Part shown: piece by piece, positions 60,482 to 64,000 of the stretch | Layout of the letters: every line of letters begins with the position of its first letter | Numbering within the stretch: position 1 is the first letter of the stretch | Source of the DNA: the human T2T-CHM13v2.0 reference genome, Homo sapiens | DNA: 64,000 nt | Reading direction: 5' to 3' (one strand) | NCBI RefSeq assembly: GCF_009914755.1 | Contig: NC_060926.1 | Notes under the pieces: generated by a model | The model's database searches: none | What the model saw: only the letters and a program-made list of their open reading frames with translations | What the model was told of the DNA's origin: nothing | Translations under genes and position numbers: made by a program

Positions 60482-60642
60482 CCTTCTCTTCCTTCCTTCC
60501 TTCCTTCCTTCCTTCCTTCCTTCCTTCCTTCCTTCCTTCCTTCCTTCCTTCCTTCCTTCTGTCCTTCCTTCTTTCCCTCCCTCCCTCCTTTTCTTTTTTC
60601 TTTTCCTTTTCTTTTCTTTATCTCTCTTTCTCTCTCTCTCTC
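60482..60642. repeat. (CCTT)n tetranucleotide microsatellite and CT-rich tract (Alu tail derived)
   Basis: Long perfect ccttcctt run 60489-60558 followed by degenerate CT repeats. Confidence 0.95.
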
Positions 60643-60940
60643 TTTTATTTTTTGAGACAGAGTCCGGGTCTGTCACCCAGGCTGGAGTGCACTGGCGCGA
60701 CCTTGGTTCACTGGAACCTCCAACTCCTGGTTGCCTCCAACTCCACTTGCCCCAGTCTGCTAAATAGCTGGGATTACAGGCGTGCATCACCATGCTACCT
60801 AATTTTTTTTTTGTAGTTTTAGTAGAGACAGGGTTTTGTCATGTTGGCCAGACTGGTCTCGAACTCCTGACCTCAGGTGATTTGCCCACCTCGGGCTCCC
60901 AAAGTACTGGGATTACAGGCATAAGCCACTGCGCCTGGCT
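60643..60940 (-). mobile_element. Alu (S/J-like) with a locally scrambled right arm
   Basis: tttgagacagagtc...gctggagtgc...cctgacctcaggtgat...gattacaggcataagccactgcgcctggct. Confidence 0.88.
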
Positions 60941-63900
60941 GATTTTTCTAGTGAACCACACTAAATGCTTGTAGAGGTGGTCTGTGTGCCTGTTAAATTT
61001 GGTCAACAGAGAACATAAGGACATTTTTGGCTTTAAACATTTCTTTGTCAGCAAGAGCAGTTGGCTTAGTTTTTTTCTCCTGCAGATCAGCTGGATAATA
61101 GCCTTACCTTTCCGCTCTATTTCACTCTAAATGTAAGTCACAATAGATAAGGTTTACTGAGAGACAGAGGAAAAGAAAAAAATGTTGTCCTGGCTTTGGC
61201 TCTGCCTATTATAAATGGCATAGGTGGGGCTTTCTGAGCCATGCTCTAGCATGAGGGAGGGAGCCTGGCAGCCTGCACTCCTGCACTCTGTCCTTGCTGG
61301 CTGGCTCATGAATCCTGCTGGCTATGAAGAAGACGAGAGCAGAAACAGGTGACACTCAGCTTCCCAGAAGCTGGGAACAGCAGATATTTGCCCAACACAG
61401 ACACACATTCTTGCCCAGGTAGGTGGTCCCTGAGCAGCAGCACTGGGATACCTCCATCAGAACCTCGTGGACTTGGCCTTAGTAGAAATTAATGGGGAAT
61501 CACTCCTGCTGAGAAGAGTCAGGAAGCAGCCCACTGGGGGCTGGGAATCATTAAGCTGATAGAGGATACGCTGGTCCAGACGCTCTGGGAAGAGCAGAGG
61601 AAGGCGTGGGAGGAGGGCAGTGTGCTCTGAGAGGGGCCGAGGCAAGGTTCTGGGCTGCATACATGCAGGAAGCATGGCCCAAGCTTGGATGATGGAGTTG
61701 AAAGGCAGTGGGCTTCGCTTCAGCATTCTATTGGTATATAACTCTACTCCTTTGTATTTCCCAAAGTAAAAGTAATGCACATGCATCCATTTTATAATAA
61801 AACAATAAAAAAGGCATTAATTGTTGTATGGACAAGGCAAGATCTGTCAGCAGGCACGTGATTTCTAACAACGCAGCGTGAATTGACAGGCACATGTTGA
61901 CCACGTGCAGGTGAGAAGCCCTCACATGTGCTTGGCAAGCAGGGAAGGTACCTGCAGATGCGCTGCAGGGCACTTATTGTCAAAAATGCAAACACAGAGA
62001 ATGTGGGTACCCATGGTAGAGTATTGCCTAAGGAAATGTTGGGAACCAGACCCCCAGAACAGGGAACTGTAGAAATTCCTCCTAGGTCCGGGGGCTGTAT
62101 GGAGAAGGGAGGCCACCCAGGGCCAGAAGATGCCCGCAGCCTGTGGAGCTGTGGCCAACCTGGGCCATCTTTGTGTCCAGAGAGCACTTTACCCCACATG
62201 TCCCAACACTAGACTGTAAGAAACTCATGCTGTGATTTAAACCAGAAGAGAAAGCCTTTGTCTAGATTCTCTACTTTTGGTGTCACTGAAATAGATGAGA
62301 ATCATTTTTTCTTCGATGTGTTTTAAGCTGAAATGTTCCTAGGAATCCTGGTTCACTTTAGTAGATTAAAAAAAAAAAAGCCACTTAGTGCCTAGCTGAC
62401 ATGAGATTAATTTCCTCTCCCTCTGTTTTTCAAATCCATGACCAGGAATAGTTTTCCTGTAATGCACAGCACTGACATCTCAAAGCCTGTGCTCCCCCGG
62501 TGCACAGAGGTCGGCTATGTGCGTCATTTATACAAGCACTTTCTTCCTAGAGACCGTTTCCAGGCTCAGCCTCCCCACAGCTCAGCCCTCTATTTATACC
62601 AGGTGCTGCTTTGAGACAACACAGTCAATGTTTCTCCAGGTGATGGGCCTGGGTCGCCTGGGGAGCAGAGGTGCCTGGGATGAGGCTGTGGCTCTGGTGA
62701 GCCTTATGCCCACCATCCCATGAGCAGCCGTGTGTGTGCCCTCAGTGTGGACCACTCTGCCTGAGCCACCATTGCTTGTGAGTTCCTTAATGCAGCCTGG
62801 TGTTCCCTGCCTCTCAGGGCAGGCAGGCTGCTCCCTGTCTCAGATACATTTTCCCATGAGATACTGTTTATAAAATACATCTTATTTCTCCTTCAAAACA
62901 CAGCTCACAGGTGGTGCCTCCTCCCAGCTCAGGTGCCCTTTGCGTCTGCTCCTACAGGCCCCTTGATGTCTATTTTAATCACTGTTCATTGTCTATCTGC
63001 TCCCCTCTGGGTCCCTCACCTGGCTGCCCTGTGAGTGTCTGGTGCATCTGGATGGAACGTGCAGTATCCCATCCCCAGGTCCCTGGCCATCGGCGAGCTG
63101 AGTCATGATGCCCCCCTGATGTGCTGACTCATGTGCACCTGCCTGCCCACTGCTACTGGGACCCCTGACCTTGCATGCAGCTGTTCTAGGTCAGAGCTCG
63201 CCATGGTCATCTCTCCTGTGCCCTCCTCCGGCGTTCTCTCTCTCAGGAAATGGAGCTGCCCCAGCTGAACCCCGGGCATTCATCCATCTAACTCCTTATC
63301 TCCCAAGTCCCTCCACAGGCCCTTGGGACAAAGAAGCACACTTTCATCCATCCCAACAGCTCCAGGAGCTGTGCCTGTCTCTCCATCCGTCCCCTGAACC
63401 CCGGTTTTGGCTATTTTCATCTCTCTGGACTAGCAGGACAGCTCTCACTGCTGTCCTCACCTCTTCCATCCCCTTCTTCAAGCTAGAGCCAGGAGCGGCA
63501 CAGTGGATGCCTAGATCTCCAGAGCCCCTCTCCTGCTGCTGCTTGGCTCTGTCCTTACAGGGCAGGAAGTCCAGGACATCTGTCCAGCAGGACATGAGAT
63601 CTGGGCCTGGGGGACCAGCTGAGTGCCTGTGAGCATGTGGGCCTTGTGAAGATGACTCTGCCCTGCTGCCCAGTGGCCTTGCACATAACCACAGAGGCCA
63701 CGCAGCCAAAGGCCCACACCACAGCTAATCTGAGGCTTGACAAGACGCCCCGTGGTCCTCCCGGAGAACCAGAGGGTGAAGGCCTGTGAAGAGCTGCTCC
63801 GAGCCCTCTACCCCTTGGAGGCTGTCATGGGGCAGTTTCGCATCACCTCCAAGATTCTGGTGAACTGTGGAGCTTTCAGCCTGTAATCTTCGAGCAGAGC

Positions 63901-64000
63901 TGCAGCTGGCGAAGCCGCTCAGCTGCAGTCTGGAACAGGCTTCTCAGGAATGGGACGTCTCCTCCCGTGCTCAGTTTACCCACCCCTTCTGCTTCTCGGT

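Overview
Primate (most likely human) genomic DNA with no recognisable protein-coding gene, RNA gene or CpG island. Nearly all listed ORFs are chance ORFs of GC-rich DNA, ORFs running through CA/TG minisatellites, or decayed L1/Alu frames. The window holds six Alus, a near full-length dead L1PA7-like LINE with a younger antisense L1PA3/4 fragment nested in its ORF1, several old L1M blocks, LTRs (MER57-, MER4-, MER68-, THE1-, MST-, MLT1-, MLT2- and LTR16-like) and DNA transposon fossils (MER45A, MADE2, Kanga/MER104, MER2, Tigger3b). Family and subfamily names come from remembered consensus sequences and need RepeatMasker/Dfam confirmation. Structure that repeat annotation alone would not explain: (1) an old ~5.9 kb inverted duplication (15801-21677) whose two arms each grew a different CA/TG minisatellite at the homologous site; (2) three short dispersed copies of nearby DNA, one of which replaces the middle of a Tigger3b element with microhomology at the junction; (3) a MER4 provirus collapsed to 16 bp of 5' LTR plus its 3' end, with termini and target-site duplication (TSD) kept; (4) a few motif-dense non-repeat islands and candidate micro-exons. 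I found no evidence for a new coding system; the novelty here is structural and evolutionary.
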